From positions 245,458-309,457 of the forward strand of contig JAQBQP010000002.1 of the NCBI GenBank assembly GCA_028286905.1: a stretch of DNA of 64,000 nt. Reading direction: 5' to 3'. Shown here in pieces: positions 1 to 9,268 of this stretch. The notes beneath the pieces were generated by a model. The model had not been told where the DNA came from and did not search any database. It was given only the letters and a program-made list of their open reading frames with translations. The first letter of the stretch is position 1. Each line of letters starts with the position of its first letter. The DNA comes from Candidatus Doudnabacteria bacterium. Lineage in GTDB: Bacteria; Patescibacteriota; Doudnabacteria; UBA920; VMFF01. A program made the position numbers and the translations under genes.

Positions 1-12
1 AGAGAAGTTGAA

Positions 13-693
13 ATGCTTAAATCTAAATTCGGATCTGAAGTAGGAGATGAGCGAAAATTGGGTTCAGTTTTTGAAGCTATCTTGCATGAACAAATTGAAC
101 TTAATGAGTGGTTAGGCGCAGGAGCCACTACCGTAAAGACCAGTGATTATGACGATTATGTAGGTGGTATGGACGATATTGTAGAATTTGAAAGAGACGA
201 GGCCTCTTTGTATATGGGCTTGGCAATTGACGCAACGACTAGTTCAGATACTGCAAAAAAACTTCAAAGGATAAAAAAAGAAATAGAGCAAGGGGTATTA
301 CCCGGCATAAAATATTACCGCTCTTCACGCACAAAAGAAGCTCGAGAATTGCCAAACGTTCCAGTTTTAATTATCGAAGCAAGACCAGAAACTGTGATGC
401 AGCTTGCCGAGCTGTGGGTGGGTAGAAAAAATGCTACGTTGGGCAGGCATAGAATTCGAGTTCAAATTATTAAGGAAATGCTTATGCAGGCAAATTATTT
501 TAAAAAGTTTGCCATCCAGTGTAATAAATCAGGAGTGGCCCGGGTTTATGATTCTTTAATAGATCGCTTAGAAGGAATATTAGCTACAGTTGATAAAAAA
601 GAAGTCAAAGATGACGGTTCAATTTTCAACCTCGAGCAAGATATCCAAAGAGTTTTTGGTAAAATGGAAGCTTCAAAAACAAAAGCAGCTTAA
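13..693 (+). CDS. hypothetical protein
   Basis: 226-aa ORF with native low-GC codon usage. No recognisable motif. May begin upstream of the window. Confidence 0.5.
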   Translation: MLKSKFGSEVGDERKLGSVFEAILHEQIELNEWLGAGATTVKTSDYDDYVGGMDDIVEFERDEASLYMGLAIDATTSSDTAKKLQRIKKEIEQGVLPGIKYYRSSRTKEARELPNVPVLIIEARPETVMQLAELWVGRKNATLGRHRIRVQIIKEMLMQANYFKKFAIQCNKSGVARVYDSLIDRLEGILATVDKKEVKDDGSIFNLEQDIQRVFGKMEASKTKAA

Positions 694-713
694 CAGTGTG
701 ATATAATTTTAGT

Positions 714-1295
714 ATGTCTCTCAAAAAAATAGTTCTCGATTTAGAAACACAATATTTATTTAGTGAAGTAGGTGGCCGGGGCAAAAACCATTTGCTTAAA
801 GTATCTACCTGCGGTATTTACGAATATGAAAACGACAAGTTCTCAACCTATGCAGAAAATGAAATGCATAAACTTGGTGAACTTTTGCAAAATGCTGATC
901 AAATCATCGGGTTTAATATCAAAGATTTTGATTTTGAAGTTTTACAGCCATATCTGAATTTTAATATTCACGACCTGCCCTTTTTAGATATTATTCAGGA
1001 TGTACATAAACATTTGGGTAGGCGAGTCAGTTTAGATTCGATCGCACAAGCAACATTGGGTGCAGGCAAATCGGGCAGTGGCAAAGAAGCGATCCTGTAC
1101 TGGCGCAATGGCAGACATGATCTTTTGAAAAAGTATTGCTTGGACGATGTTCGGATCACAAGGGATGTTTATCAATATGGCATGTATAATCAAAAGATTT
1201 TATACAAAGATTTTTTTGAAATTAAAGAAATTCCTGTTATATGGCAAGAACCTCAGCCAAAAGTAGCAGTGCAAAAACAAGTGGCGCTATTTTAA
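714..1295 (+). CDS. RNase H-like 3'-5' exonuclease (PolB-exonuclease-like domain protein)
   Basis: N-terminal DLET acidic motif, central acidic residues, C-terminal YxxxD-like motif (YCLDDVRITRDVY). This matches the three Exo motifs of DnaQ-like exonucleases. Confidence 0.5.
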   Translation: MSLKKIVLDLETQYLFSEVGGRGKNHLLKVSTCGIYEYENDKFSTYAENEMHKLGELLQNADQIIGFNIKDFDFEVLQPYLNFNIHDLPFLDIIQDVHKHLGRRVSLDSIAQATLGAGKSGSGKEAILYWRNGRHDLLKKYCLDDVRITRDVYQYGMYNQKILYKDFFEIKEIPVIWQEPQPKVAVQKQVALF

Positions 1296-2083
1296 ATTTT
1301 AGCCTTAGCCAGCCCTTCGGACAAACGTTTAAGATTGGCTTTTTAAATATTCGCTATTATAGTTTAACTTTTGTCGGAGCAATAATTGCGGCTTACCTAG
1401 TTGCTCGGAATAGAGTTTTAAAAGCAGGGATTGCAGAAAAAACTTTTGAAGATATTGTTTTTTGGACAATCTTAATCGGTTTTCTAAGCGCACGAATTTA
1501 TTATGTTTTATTTTATTTTGATCAATATCGAAATAATTTAAGCGAAATTTATAAAATTTGGCATGGAGGTTTGGCAATTTATGGCGGGTTGATTGGCGGA
1601 GCGCTTACTTTGTATATGATGTGCCGCAAATATAAATTAGACTTCTTTAAGCTTTCCGATTTAGTAATGCTAGGTATTCCTATCGCACAGGCAATTGGCC
1701 GGTTAGGTAATTATTTTAACAATGAAGCTTTTGGTAAGCCCACAAACCTACCATGGAAAATCTTTATTCCTTTAAACCAGCGCCCGATCGGATACGAAAA
1801 CTACGCTTATTACCAGCCAACATTCTTGTACGAAATTATCGCGAATTTAATTATCTTTGTCTTACTATTTTTTATAGAGCGAAAAAATAAGCTGGTTCCA
1901 GGGGTGTTGACCGCGCTATATATAATTTTTTATAGCATCGCTCGTTTTGCAATTGAAGGCATTCGCCTGGACAGTGCTTATTTTGGACCGTTTAAAGGCG
2001 ATCAAGTGACCGCGGTATTGTTAATTTTACTTTCGCTCGGTCTTATGGTCTATTTAAAGCGTTTTAGGTATAATAGAGTCTGA
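1241..2083 (+). CDS. lgt: prolipoprotein diacylglyceryl transferase
   Basis: Lgt signature GRLGNYFNNEAFGKP and multiple TM helices. The only canonical in-frame start is the ATG at 1241, which overlaps the upstream gene by 55 nt. Confidence 0.8.
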   Translation: MARTSAKSSSAKTSGAILNFSLSQPFGQTFKIGFLNIRYYSLTFVGAIIAAYLVARNRVLKAGIAEKTFEDIVFWTILIGFLSARIYYVLFYFDQYRNNLSEIYKIWHGGLAIYGGLIGGALTLYMMCRKYKLDFFKLSDLVMLGIPIAQAIGRLGNYFNNEAFGKPTNLPWKIFIPLNQRPIGYENYAYYQPTFLYEIIANLIIFVLLFFIERKNKLVPGVLTALYIIFYSIARFAIEGIRLDSAYFGPFKGDQVTAVLLILLSLGLMVYLKRFRYNRV

Positions 2084-2084
2084 T

Positions 2085-2807
2085 ATGCCCCATAAAGTTA
2101 TTAGCAGTATTATCGCATTAGTTTTCTTGGTTTTAATACAGACCACCAGCAAAGTTTTTCGTTTTTTGTTGCCGGTTATGCTGCTGTATTTTATTGTGGT
2201 AATGGCTTATAACTATTGGTATTTAAAGAAACATAATTTTTATGTTTTCTGGTCCTGGCTTAGAATGCTGTTCTTTTTGGCTTCAATCGTCTCGATTTAT
2301 TTTGTGATTCCCAGCGGGTTCATCAAAGGCATCTTTTTGATTTTTGCCTCAGCCTTCGTTTATTTCCTAGAGCTGCGTTTATTGATTGCCTCGGAACAAG
2401 TCTTGTTTTTTGAAACGCTATTGTCGTATTTTGGCTTGGCCTTGGGTATTTTTGGAAATAATTACTATCTTTTGCCGAAGAATTTTATAACTTTAATTTT
2501 GTTAGGCCTAGCGACTTATTTAATTGCCCGAGCATCATTTGATTATGCACCTCAATCCCGCCAACAAAAAAACTTTTTTGCTTGGTTTATTGCCTTCTGT
2601 GTTTTAGAAGTTAGCTGGGCGCTCATATTTTTGCCCTTTCACTTTACAGTCCTAGCCGTAATTCTTTTTAATATCTTCTATGTTTTATGGATAATAACCT
2701 ATTATCATTTATTTCATAATCTTAGTATGAAAAAAGTTTCTTTTCACATGATTTTTTCTACAATTTTAATTTTATTAACTCTTTTATCGACGCCTTGGAA
2801 AATATAA
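2085..2807 (+). CDS. polytopic membrane protein, hypothetical
   Basis: 240 aa, highly hydrophobic with about 7 predicted TM segments. Tightly packed after lgt. Confidence 0.5.
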   Translation: MPHKVISSIIALVFLVLIQTTSKVFRFLLPVMLLYFIVVMAYNYWYLKKHNFYVFWSWLRMLFFLASIVSIYFVIPSGFIKGIFLIFASAFVYFLELRLLIASEQVLFFETLLSYFGLALGIFGNNYYLLPKNFITLILLGLATYLIARASFDYAPQSRQQKNFFAWFIAFCVLEVSWALIFLPFHFTVLAVILFNIFYVLWIITYYHLFHNLSMKKVSFHMIFSTILILLTLLSTPWKI

Positions 2808-2817
2808 TTCAATCTTT

Positions 2818-3861
2818 ATGTCAAAAAAAGCAATTACATTTGTTATCCTTAGTTCGTTAGTGATCGGCGGTATCGGCGGCTGGCTCTTTAACCGGTATCT
2901 AATTCCAAAAATTAACACTATTTCTTTTTTAGTTAAATACAACTTAGCACCACAAACCGCTCCTTTGATTATAAATCGCCGAGAAGAAATCCGAGTAAAC
3001 GAAGGTTCGGATAGTATTGCTGCGATCCAAAAAGTAAAACCTTGGGTAGTTGGAATTGTTAGCGGGGCAGACTTAGGTCATGCTCAAGTTGCTTCTGCCG
3101 GAGTGGTTTTAACGTCAGACGGATTAATTGCGGCTAGCAAGAACTCCTTATTAGCAACTGTGAAGACCGTGAATGTTTCTTTTTCAGACGGAACCTTTGC
3201 GCCAGCGACAGAAGTAGCAAGCGATCCAGCAAGCGATTTGGTTTTCTTAAAAGTAGATAAAACTAATTTGGCTACCGCTTCTTTGGGTTATTCAAAAGAT
3301 ATGCAGCTTGGGCAAAGAATTATTGTTTTGTCACCAACTTTAAATGAATTTCAACCAGTCGATCAAGTTGCTTATTTGGCAGCGGAAGTAAAAAATATTG
3401 CAAATAAAACTTATTCAACAGATTTGATTAATCAAACTTTTAAAGTTGATGACCTAGTAAATGTTCCCGATGGCTCAATGGTGCTGTCCTTAGATGCAAA
3501 TGTGCAAGGAATTTACTCCGGCTCTACAGTTATTACTGCGGACACAATTCGAAGCGCTTTAAATAGCTATTTTTCCACTGGAAAGATTGTTAGAAATCAT
3601 TTAGGTTTTTCTTACGCTCCGGTATCAAAAATTATGGCAAACGCTTTTGGTGCAACGTCCGGAGTGCTTGTCAAAAAGCCAGATTCTAAATCTAATTTAC
3701 TAGACGGAGATTTAATAACAGCCGTGAATGGTACGGCTATTAATATTGATAATTCCTTTGAAGATCAAATTCAAAAAGCCAAAGTAGGCGATGTGCTTGA
3801 CCTGCAAGTTATTAGAAATAAACTGTCGCAAAGTATTAAGATTACAGTTGGCGCAGAATAA
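2818..3861 (+). CDS. HtrA/DegP-like trypsin-fold protein with C-terminal PDZ domain, possibly catalytically degenerate
   Basis: N-terminal TM anchor. Trypsin-like core retains the Asp region (DPASDLVFLKV) but lacks a clear TNNH-type histidine and GNSGG serine motif. C-terminal PDZ-like segment (LDGDLITAVNGTAI ... VGDVLDLQVIR). Confidence 0.5.
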   Translation: MSKKAITFVILSSLVIGGIGGWLFNRYLIPKINTISFLVKYNLAPQTAPLIINRREEIRVNEGSDSIAAIQKVKPWVVGIVSGADLGHAQVASAGVVLTSDGLIAASKNSLLATVKTVNVSFSDGTFAPATEVASDPASDLVFLKVDKTNLATASLGYSKDMQLGQRIIVLSPTLNEFQPVDQVAYLAAEVKNIANKTYSTDLINQTFKVDDLVNVPDGSMVLSLDANVQGIYSGSTVITADTIRSALNSYFSTGKIVRNHLGFSYAPVSKIMANAFGATSGVLVKKPDSKSNLLDGDLITAVNGTAINIDNSFEDQIQKAKVGDVLDLQVIRNKLSQSIKITVGAE

Positions 3862-3862
3862 A

Positions 3863-4711
3863 ATGAAAATTATAATTTTCGGAGCCAAGGGAATGCTCGG
3901 CTCGGAACTGGTTCGCCAGTTATCAAAGCATCAGCTTTTGGCACTAGATAGCACAGACCTGGATGTTACTGATAAACAAGCTGTACAGAAAAAAATTGAG
4001 CAGTTTGAACCGGAAGTAGTATTCAACTGTGTCGCATACAATGCTGTTGATAAGGCGGAGCAAGATCCAGAAAAAGAACGAGCCTTTTTGCTAAATGCCG
4101 AAGCGGTTGGCTATATTGCTGAAGCAGCTCAGAAGCTAAACGCAATCTTGGTGCACTATAGTACTGGTTTCGTTTTTGATGGACTAAGCCAAGAAGGGTA
4201 TAATGAACAGGCTATCGCAAAACCGATCAGTGTTTACGGCAAAAGTAAGCTTGTTGGGGAAACCGAAGCTGCTAAATGCTATAAACATTACATAATTCGG
4301 CTAAACCTATTATTTGGCGAACCTGGTTCTGCTGCTAACGCAAAGCGCAGCTTTCCGGATTTAATCTTGGAATTGTCAAAAGCACAGAAGGAGTTTAATT
4401 TTGTTACCGATGAAATTAGCACACCTACTTATAGCGCAGATCTAGCAAAAGCTAGTATTGAGTTAGTAGATAAAAAATATCCTTATGGTATTTACCACTT
4501 GCCGAACGACGGGCAAGCGTCGTGGTATGATTTTGCAGCAGAAGTTTTTAGGATAAAAAATATTGACGTGCAATTAACTAGAATAACTGCCGATAAATTT
4601 GTAAGAGCAGCACGTAGACCCAAGAATTCTGTGCTGTTAAATACAAAATATCCTAAGCAGCGTGCTTGGCAAGAAGCACTTTCTGAATATTTAAATAAAG
4701 AATCTTTATGA
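3863..4711 (+). CDS. rmlD: dTDP-4-dehydrorhamnose reductase
   Basis: MKIIIFGAKGMLGSEL Rossmann N-terminus. RmlD-like core (VVFNCVAYNAVDKAE, YSTGFVFDG). The ORF-track start at 3791 overlaps the upstream gene, so the start was moved to the ATG at 3863. Confidence 0.85.
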   Translation: MKIIIFGAKGMLGSELVRQLSKHQLLALDSTDLDVTDKQAVQKKIEQFEPEVVFNCVAYNAVDKAEQDPEKERAFLLNAEAVGYIAEAAQKLNAILVHYSTGFVFDGLSQEGYNEQAIAKPISVYGKSKLVGETEAAKCYKHYIIRLNLLFGEPGSAANAKRSFPDLILELSKAQKEFNFVTDEISTPTYSADLAKASIELVDKKYPYGIYHLPNDGQASWYDFAAEVFRIKNIDVQLTRITADKFVRAARRPKNSVLLNTKYPKQRAWQEALSEYLNKESL

Positions 4712-5421
4712 AAGGTATCATTTTATCTGGCGGTAAAGGCACTCGTTTACACCCGTTGACCAAAATTACTTCAAAACAATTGTTGCCGGTTTATGATAAG
4801 CCAATGATTTTTTATCCATTGGAAACATTGTTAGCAGGTGGTATCAAAGAAATTTTAATAATTGTCGCTCCAGATCGAGCCGGCGATTATTTAAACTTGC
4901 TTGGCTCCGGAAAAGATTTTGGCGCTAGGTTTACTTACGAAGTTCAAGATAAGCCAGAAGGCTTGGCCCAGGCTTTTCACATTGGTGAAGGTTTCGTGGG
5001 CAATGACTCCGTGGCAATGATTCTCGGAGACAATATTTTTGAAGATGACTTCGGTGATGTAATTAGAAATTTTAAAAGCGGCGGACATGTTTTTGCTAAG
5101 AAAGTTGCTGATCCTGAACGTTTCGGAGTAGTGAAATTTAATGATCAAATGCAAGCAGAAAAAATCGTGGAAAAGCCGACAGAGTACCTTTCTGATTATG
5201 CGATCACAGGCTTATATATTTACGATAACAAAGTTTTGCAAGCGGCCAAAGAATTAAAACCCTCGGCTAGAGGGGAGTTAGAAATTGTGGATCTGCACAA
5301 CTGGTATTTGGACAGGAATGAACTAAAAGTAAGTATCGTTAATGGGGCATGGTTTGATGCTGGAACGCCGGACTCTTTATTTAAAGCAAATCAGTTCGTT
5401 TATAACAAGAAGACTCTTTAA
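4708..5421 (+). CDS. rmlA: glucose-1-phosphate thymidylyltransferase (short form)
   Basis: GIILSGGKGTRLHPLT nucleotidyltransferase motif. RmlA-like body. 4-nt ATGA overlap with rmlD. Confidence 0.85.
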   Translation: MKGIILSGGKGTRLHPLTKITSKQLLPVYDKPMIFYPLETLLAGGIKEILIIVAPDRAGDYLNLLGSGKDFGARFTYEVQDKPEGLAQAFHIGEGFVGNDSVAMILGDNIFEDDFGDVIRNFKSGGHVFAKKVADPERFGVVKFNDQMQAEKIVEKPTEYLSDYAITGLYIYDNKVLQAAKELKPSARGELEIVDLHNWYLDRNELKVSIVNGAWFDAGTPDSLFKANQFVYNKKTL

Positions 5422-5424
5422 TTT

Positions 5425-6327
5425 ATGCACGTTCAATCCAAAACCCATCGAGCAATTTCAGTAATAGCAATTTCGCTGATCTCTTTTGTCGGCTTGGAGC
5501 TTTTGGTCTATATAAATAATCTTTACCTGACCCAAACTTACATTATGGTCAGCTTTTATATTTACTTCTTCATGCTTCTTTGGCTTTACTTTATTTTTGA
5601 TCTTCATTTTAAAGACCGCGATTATTTAGATGCAAAAACCATTACTCGAACGATCGGCCGCAGATTTAAGCATTTTGCAGTTTGGGAAAATTTTCGATAT
5701 TTCCAAAATTTTCTAATCCTGCCAGGGTTATTATATTGGGGTTCGATTGTTTTGATCGGAATAAATTTTGGCCATCTAAAGTTACAGCACTTTATCGCAG
5801 TGACTACTTCCTTGGCATTGGTTGTGGCGTATTCTTTATTTAAAGAAGTATTCCATCAAAAACAGGCCCCTATTACAAATAGCCATTTCGTAATGTTAAC
5901 TTATATCAAAGTTTATGCTTCCTGGCTGGTTTATGCTGGATCTTTAGGGATAGTTTGGTATTATTGCTTTAAGCCAATAGTTTTTTACGTAGTGGTTTTT
6001 TTGGTAACTTTAATGCTGTTATATCAAGCGCTATTCCAGTTTTGCAAAATCACTTTGCAAAATCTTGGCTTGGCAGTGCTAGTTTCCTTGGTAATGGCTT
6101 TAACTTCCTTTTTTGTTTACCAATTTTGGAATGTTAATTACTTTTCCGCCGGTTTATTTTTAATGGCCTTTTATAATTTTCTTTGGAATATTCTTTATCA
6201 TCTAATAAAAAAAACCTTGAACGGACAGGTTTTTTTAGAACAGTTAACGATCTTTATTTTAATCGTTGTGATGGTTTTTGGAGTGACAAATTTCAAAGCA
6301 AAAATTGAACGATGTGTCTTTTACTAG
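5425..6327 (+). CDS. polytopic membrane protein, hypothetical
   Basis: 300 aa with about 9 TM helices. Follows rmlA, so possibly glycan-related. No motif recognised. Confidence 0.45.
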   Translation: MHVQSKTHRAISVIAISLISFVGLELLVYINNLYLTQTYIMVSFYIYFFMLLWLYFIFDLHFKDRDYLDAKTITRTIGRRFKHFAVWENFRYFQNFLILPGLLYWGSIVLIGINFGHLKLQHFIAVTTSLALVVAYSLFKEVFHQKQAPITNSHFVMLTYIKVYASWLVYAGSLGIVWYYCFKPIVFYVVVFLVTLMLLYQALFQFCKITLQNLGLAVLVSLVMALTSFFVYQFWNVNYFSAGLFLMAFYNFLWNILYHLIKKTLNGQVFLEQLTIFILIVVMVFGVTNFKAKIERCVFY

Positions 6328-6335
6328 TTGTTATT

Positions 6336-7787
6336 TTAATGCCACCAAGTTACCAGCAATAAAGTAGATAGAACTAACATTAATACTATTATATTTGAAC
6401 CGCGAGTTAAGTCTTCGCGGTACTTTTTTTTGCTAAGATGTAAAGTGTCCCCAAGTAAGAAGAGCAAGAACATTGCTCCGGCAACAAGCACGATGTATTT
6501 AAAAGTATTGTAAAGATCAGGGGATTGAGCCTTTGCTACAATATGTCCCAAAGTTTTGGGATCTTCAGCGGTAGATAATGGATAGTCTTTCAGCGCGATA
6601 CTTAAATTTGATTTATTGCCGTATTGATCTTCAGCGGTAATTAAAACAGTGCTATTCTGGTAGTTCGTGTATTCCCCTAGAATTAAACCGCCAACATATT
6701 TATTATTATTTGAAACTAAGTTTATATTTTGACCCAACAAAGAAGCGCTAACTGTCTGAGGTGCTCCCGTAACAGCTACGCTAAATTGGATGTTTAGCTG
6801 GTTGTTTTGAACCTGTGGGGTTACTTGAATGGACTGCTCCGCAATTTGTGGAGGGTTGTAAGCGATATCGACTTTATAAGCATTGCTTTTAGCAGTATTA
6901 ATAGTAGCAACAAAGGTGTGCGTACCATTATTTAGGGCTCTAAAAGTATAAATAAAATTACCGTTCGTATCGGATTGAGCAGTTACTGGCGTTGCACTGG
7001 AAGCGGAGTCTGTAATTTTGATAGTAGAATTAGGTGTCGTACTGCCCGTAAGCGTAATAGAGTTTTTATGCACAGTATTATCAGTATTGTTGATGACAAT
7101 ATTAACGCTTGGTGCAGTGTTTGTTTTTGCAGGAACGTTCGACGGGGTAGTAGGGATAGGAGACGGGGTTGGATTTTTAATAACCGGTTTATTTGTAACA
7201 GTTGAAGGTTTTGTTGGAGGAGGTGTAGCTGTTGTTTGGGTTGGGGCTTTTGGAGTGGATTTTTTTGGTTGAGTGCCAAAAGTATTCGCAACTGCAACGC
7301 TATATTCGCCGTTGTTAGTGTCCCCCATTGCCACGCCCATCCCTTCATCTTCAAAAGATGTGTTTAAAAGGTTAGCACGGTGAGTTGGGCTATCAATCCA
7401 AGCGGCAACTAGGCCTGCGGTATCAGAAAAATCGATCGCTAAATTTTCTCCCAAAACGGTGTAAGGGGTATATCCTTCAGCGACGATTTTATCCCAAATA
7501 TAATGACCTTCGGGGTCGGTATGTGAGAAGTACTTTCGGGCAATCATATCCTTAGCCTTATAATCGGCGGCGGCGGCGAGTTTAGCGTTGTAATTTAATG
7601 GAATTAGGTTTCGTTGGGTTCTTTCATTATTTACAGCGTTAGTAACATTGGCTACAGTGATATCTGAAGCCCCTGCAATTATGGTTAAATCGCCAGTGTA
7701 TAGGGTATTTAGCCCAATTCTTGTAGTCAAAAGAACCAATGCAATTGCTAGGATTACTTTGTATTGTTTGAAAGTTCGCTTAGGCAT
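6336..7787 (-). CDS. secreted/surface CAP (SCP/PR-1-like) domain protein with Pro/Thr-rich linker and Ig-like repeats
   Basis: N-terminal signal anchor. CAP-domain motifs (HTDPEG, GENLA, HRANLL). Long PT-rich linker. C-terminal TM segments. Confidence 0.7.
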   Translation of the reverse strand: MPKRTFKQYKVILAIALVLLTTRIGLNTLYTGDLTIIAGASDITVANVTNAVNNERTQRNLIPLNYNAKLAAAADYKAKDMIARKYFSHTDPEGHYIWDKIVAEGYTPYTVLGENLAIDFSDTAGLVAAWIDSPTHRANLLNTSFEDEGMGVAMGDTNNGEYSVAVANTFGTQPKKSTPKAPTQTTATPPPTKPSTVTNKPVIKNPTPSPIPTTPSNVPAKTNTAPSVNIVINNTDNTVHKNSITLTGSTTPNSTIKITDSASSATPVTAQSDTNGNFIYTFRALNNGTHTFVATINTAKSNAYKVDIAYNPPQIAEQSIQVTPQVQNNQLNIQFSVAVTGAPQTVSASLLGQNINLVSNNNKYVGGLILGEYTNYQNSTVLITAEDQYGNKSNLSIALKDYPLSTAEDPKTLGHIVAKAQSPDLYNTFKYIVLVAGAMFLLFLLGDTLHLSKKKYREDLTRGSNIIVLMLVLSTLLLVTWWH

Positions 7788-7862
7788 AACTTGAGCTAAT
7801 CGTATTTTAATCAGTTCCTTAATTATATCTAAAATATTGATTTACCGCGAGAAATGTGGTCC

Positions 7863-7891
7863 TTGACAAAAGGACAGTTTTGGGGTATGAT
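7863..7891 (+). promoter_or_regulatory. sigma70-type promoter for the sortase gene (TTGACA, 17 nt spacer, TATGAT)
   Basis: Exact TTGACA at 7863-7868 and TATGAT at 7886-7891 with a 17-nt spacer, about 35 nt upstream of the sortase ATG. Confidence 0.55.
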
Positions 7892-7924
7892 GTTGAATCA
7901 ACCTATTAAAAAGGCATCTAACCT

Positions 7925-9124
7925 ATGGAATATCCACAAGGCACAAATGATCTATACGAGCTTTTAGGAGCTGACAAACATGGACATGAAGACGCTGTTA
8001 ACAGCGGTCATGAACACGTTTTAGACATGCCTGTGGAGACCCATGGCGATTCAAGAGCAACTCAAAGCATTGATAATATGGATCCGGTAATTAGCAAAGA
8101 TCCAAAAACAAATGCAGTGGTAATCAAACTTTCGAAGTTAAATCCATTTCAGCTTATCAAGTCCGGGTGGCCTTATCTAATAATCTTCTTTGTAGCTTTA
8201 TTCTTTTACTTAATCCTTTTTACAAATTTTTCAGTGCTTTCTTATATAAAGAGTGTGCCATCTCAAGTTCAAACTAATGTTGCTCAAGCCGATAAACCAC
8301 AATACGCGAACATAGATGCTTACAATGCTTGGATCCGCTCTTACTTTTACGAAGTTAATGATCCAGCAGTGTTAGATCCAGCGACTGATCTTTCTGGAAA
8401 TGGCTTATCTAACTATCAAAAATTTGTGCTTGGTTTAAACCCAAAGAAGAAAGATACGATGGGATTAGGAATGACTGATACTCAAGCGTTGCTTTCTGGA
8501 ATTAACCCTTTGACTGGCAGCCCCTTAAACGATAATCAAAAGAAGTTAATTGCTGATTACATCGATTTGGAATCTGTTGCAAATAAGTTGGCATTGCAAA
8601 CTGCGGATAATACTCCGAAAGTAGCCGGCGCAACTACAGCAAGTAACGACCTAACCAGAGATGGAATTGAGATCAATACAAATATTCCGGCGCAGATAGA
8701 TATTCCAAAGTTAAAAATTTCAGTGCCACTGATTTGGACGAAAGACACCAAGAATTTTGATACCGATTTAGCGCAGGGTGTGGTGCATTATCCAGGTACA
8801 GCTTTACCTGGGGATATTGGAACCGCTTATATCTCTGGTCACTCCTCTAACTATTCTTGGGCAAAAGGCTCTTACAATAAAGTATTCGAAACTTTAGACG
8901 GTTTGAAACAATACGATTCATTTTCGATAACCGCAACCGACGTTAATGGCAAGAAAGTCACTTTCCATTATGTCGTTACTAAAAAACAAGTTTATGCAGC
9001 TGACGATCAAGCACAATTTATCAGCCAAGATAAATCAATCGTTGCATTATCAACCTGCTGGCCAATTGGTACCTCTGCAAAACGTTTAGTTGTTTTTGGA
9101 GAGTTAAGCCAAACAGACAAGTAA
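7925..9124 (+). CDS. sortase family transpeptidase (membrane anchored)
   Basis: N-terminal TM anchor. Catalytic His (YISGHSS), TLXTC motif (ALSTCWP) and conserved Arg (KRLVVFGE). Confidence 0.8.
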   Translation: MEYPQGTNDLYELLGADKHGHEDAVNSGHEHVLDMPVETHGDSRATQSIDNMDPVISKDPKTNAVVIKLSKLNPFQLIKSGWPYLIIFFVALFFYLILFTNFSVLSYIKSVPSQVQTNVAQADKPQYANIDAYNAWIRSYFYEVNDPAVLDPATDLSGNGLSNYQKFVLGLNPKKKDTMGLGMTDTQALLSGINPLTGSPLNDNQKKLIADYIDLESVANKLALQTADNTPKVAGATTASNDLTRDGIEINTNIPAQIDIPKLKISVPLIWTKDTKNFDTDLAQGVVHYPGTALPGDIGTAYISGHSSNYSWAKGSYNKVFETLDGLKQYDSFSITATDVNGKKVTFHYVVTKKQVYAADDQAQFISQDKSIVALSTCWPIGTSAKRLVVFGELSQTDK

Positions 9125-9268
9125 ATCTTGTCTGCAGGCGTCGACCCTTTATCAAAGATAGAGGCGCGGCGCTTGCTCAGAGAGAGCACATGCTTATCTA
9201 AGCATGGTCTGCACCATCACATCGGATGGCTGCGACAGAATTCACAAGAGAATATATGAGGTTGGCAC

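Noticed and set aside
772-957. 61-aa ORF nested in the exonuclease-like gene
   Set aside because: Alternative frame inside a longer, better-supported CDS.
6975-7354. Three small ORFs within or antisense to the Pro/Thr-rich linker of the CAP-domain protein
   Set aside because: Low-complexity frames created by the repetitive PT-linker coding sequence. The full-length minus-strand CAP protein explains the region.
9007-9189. 60-aa minus-strand ORF across the sortase stop and the island border
   Set aside because: It spans the composition boundary and is antisense to the sortase C-terminus. No RBS.
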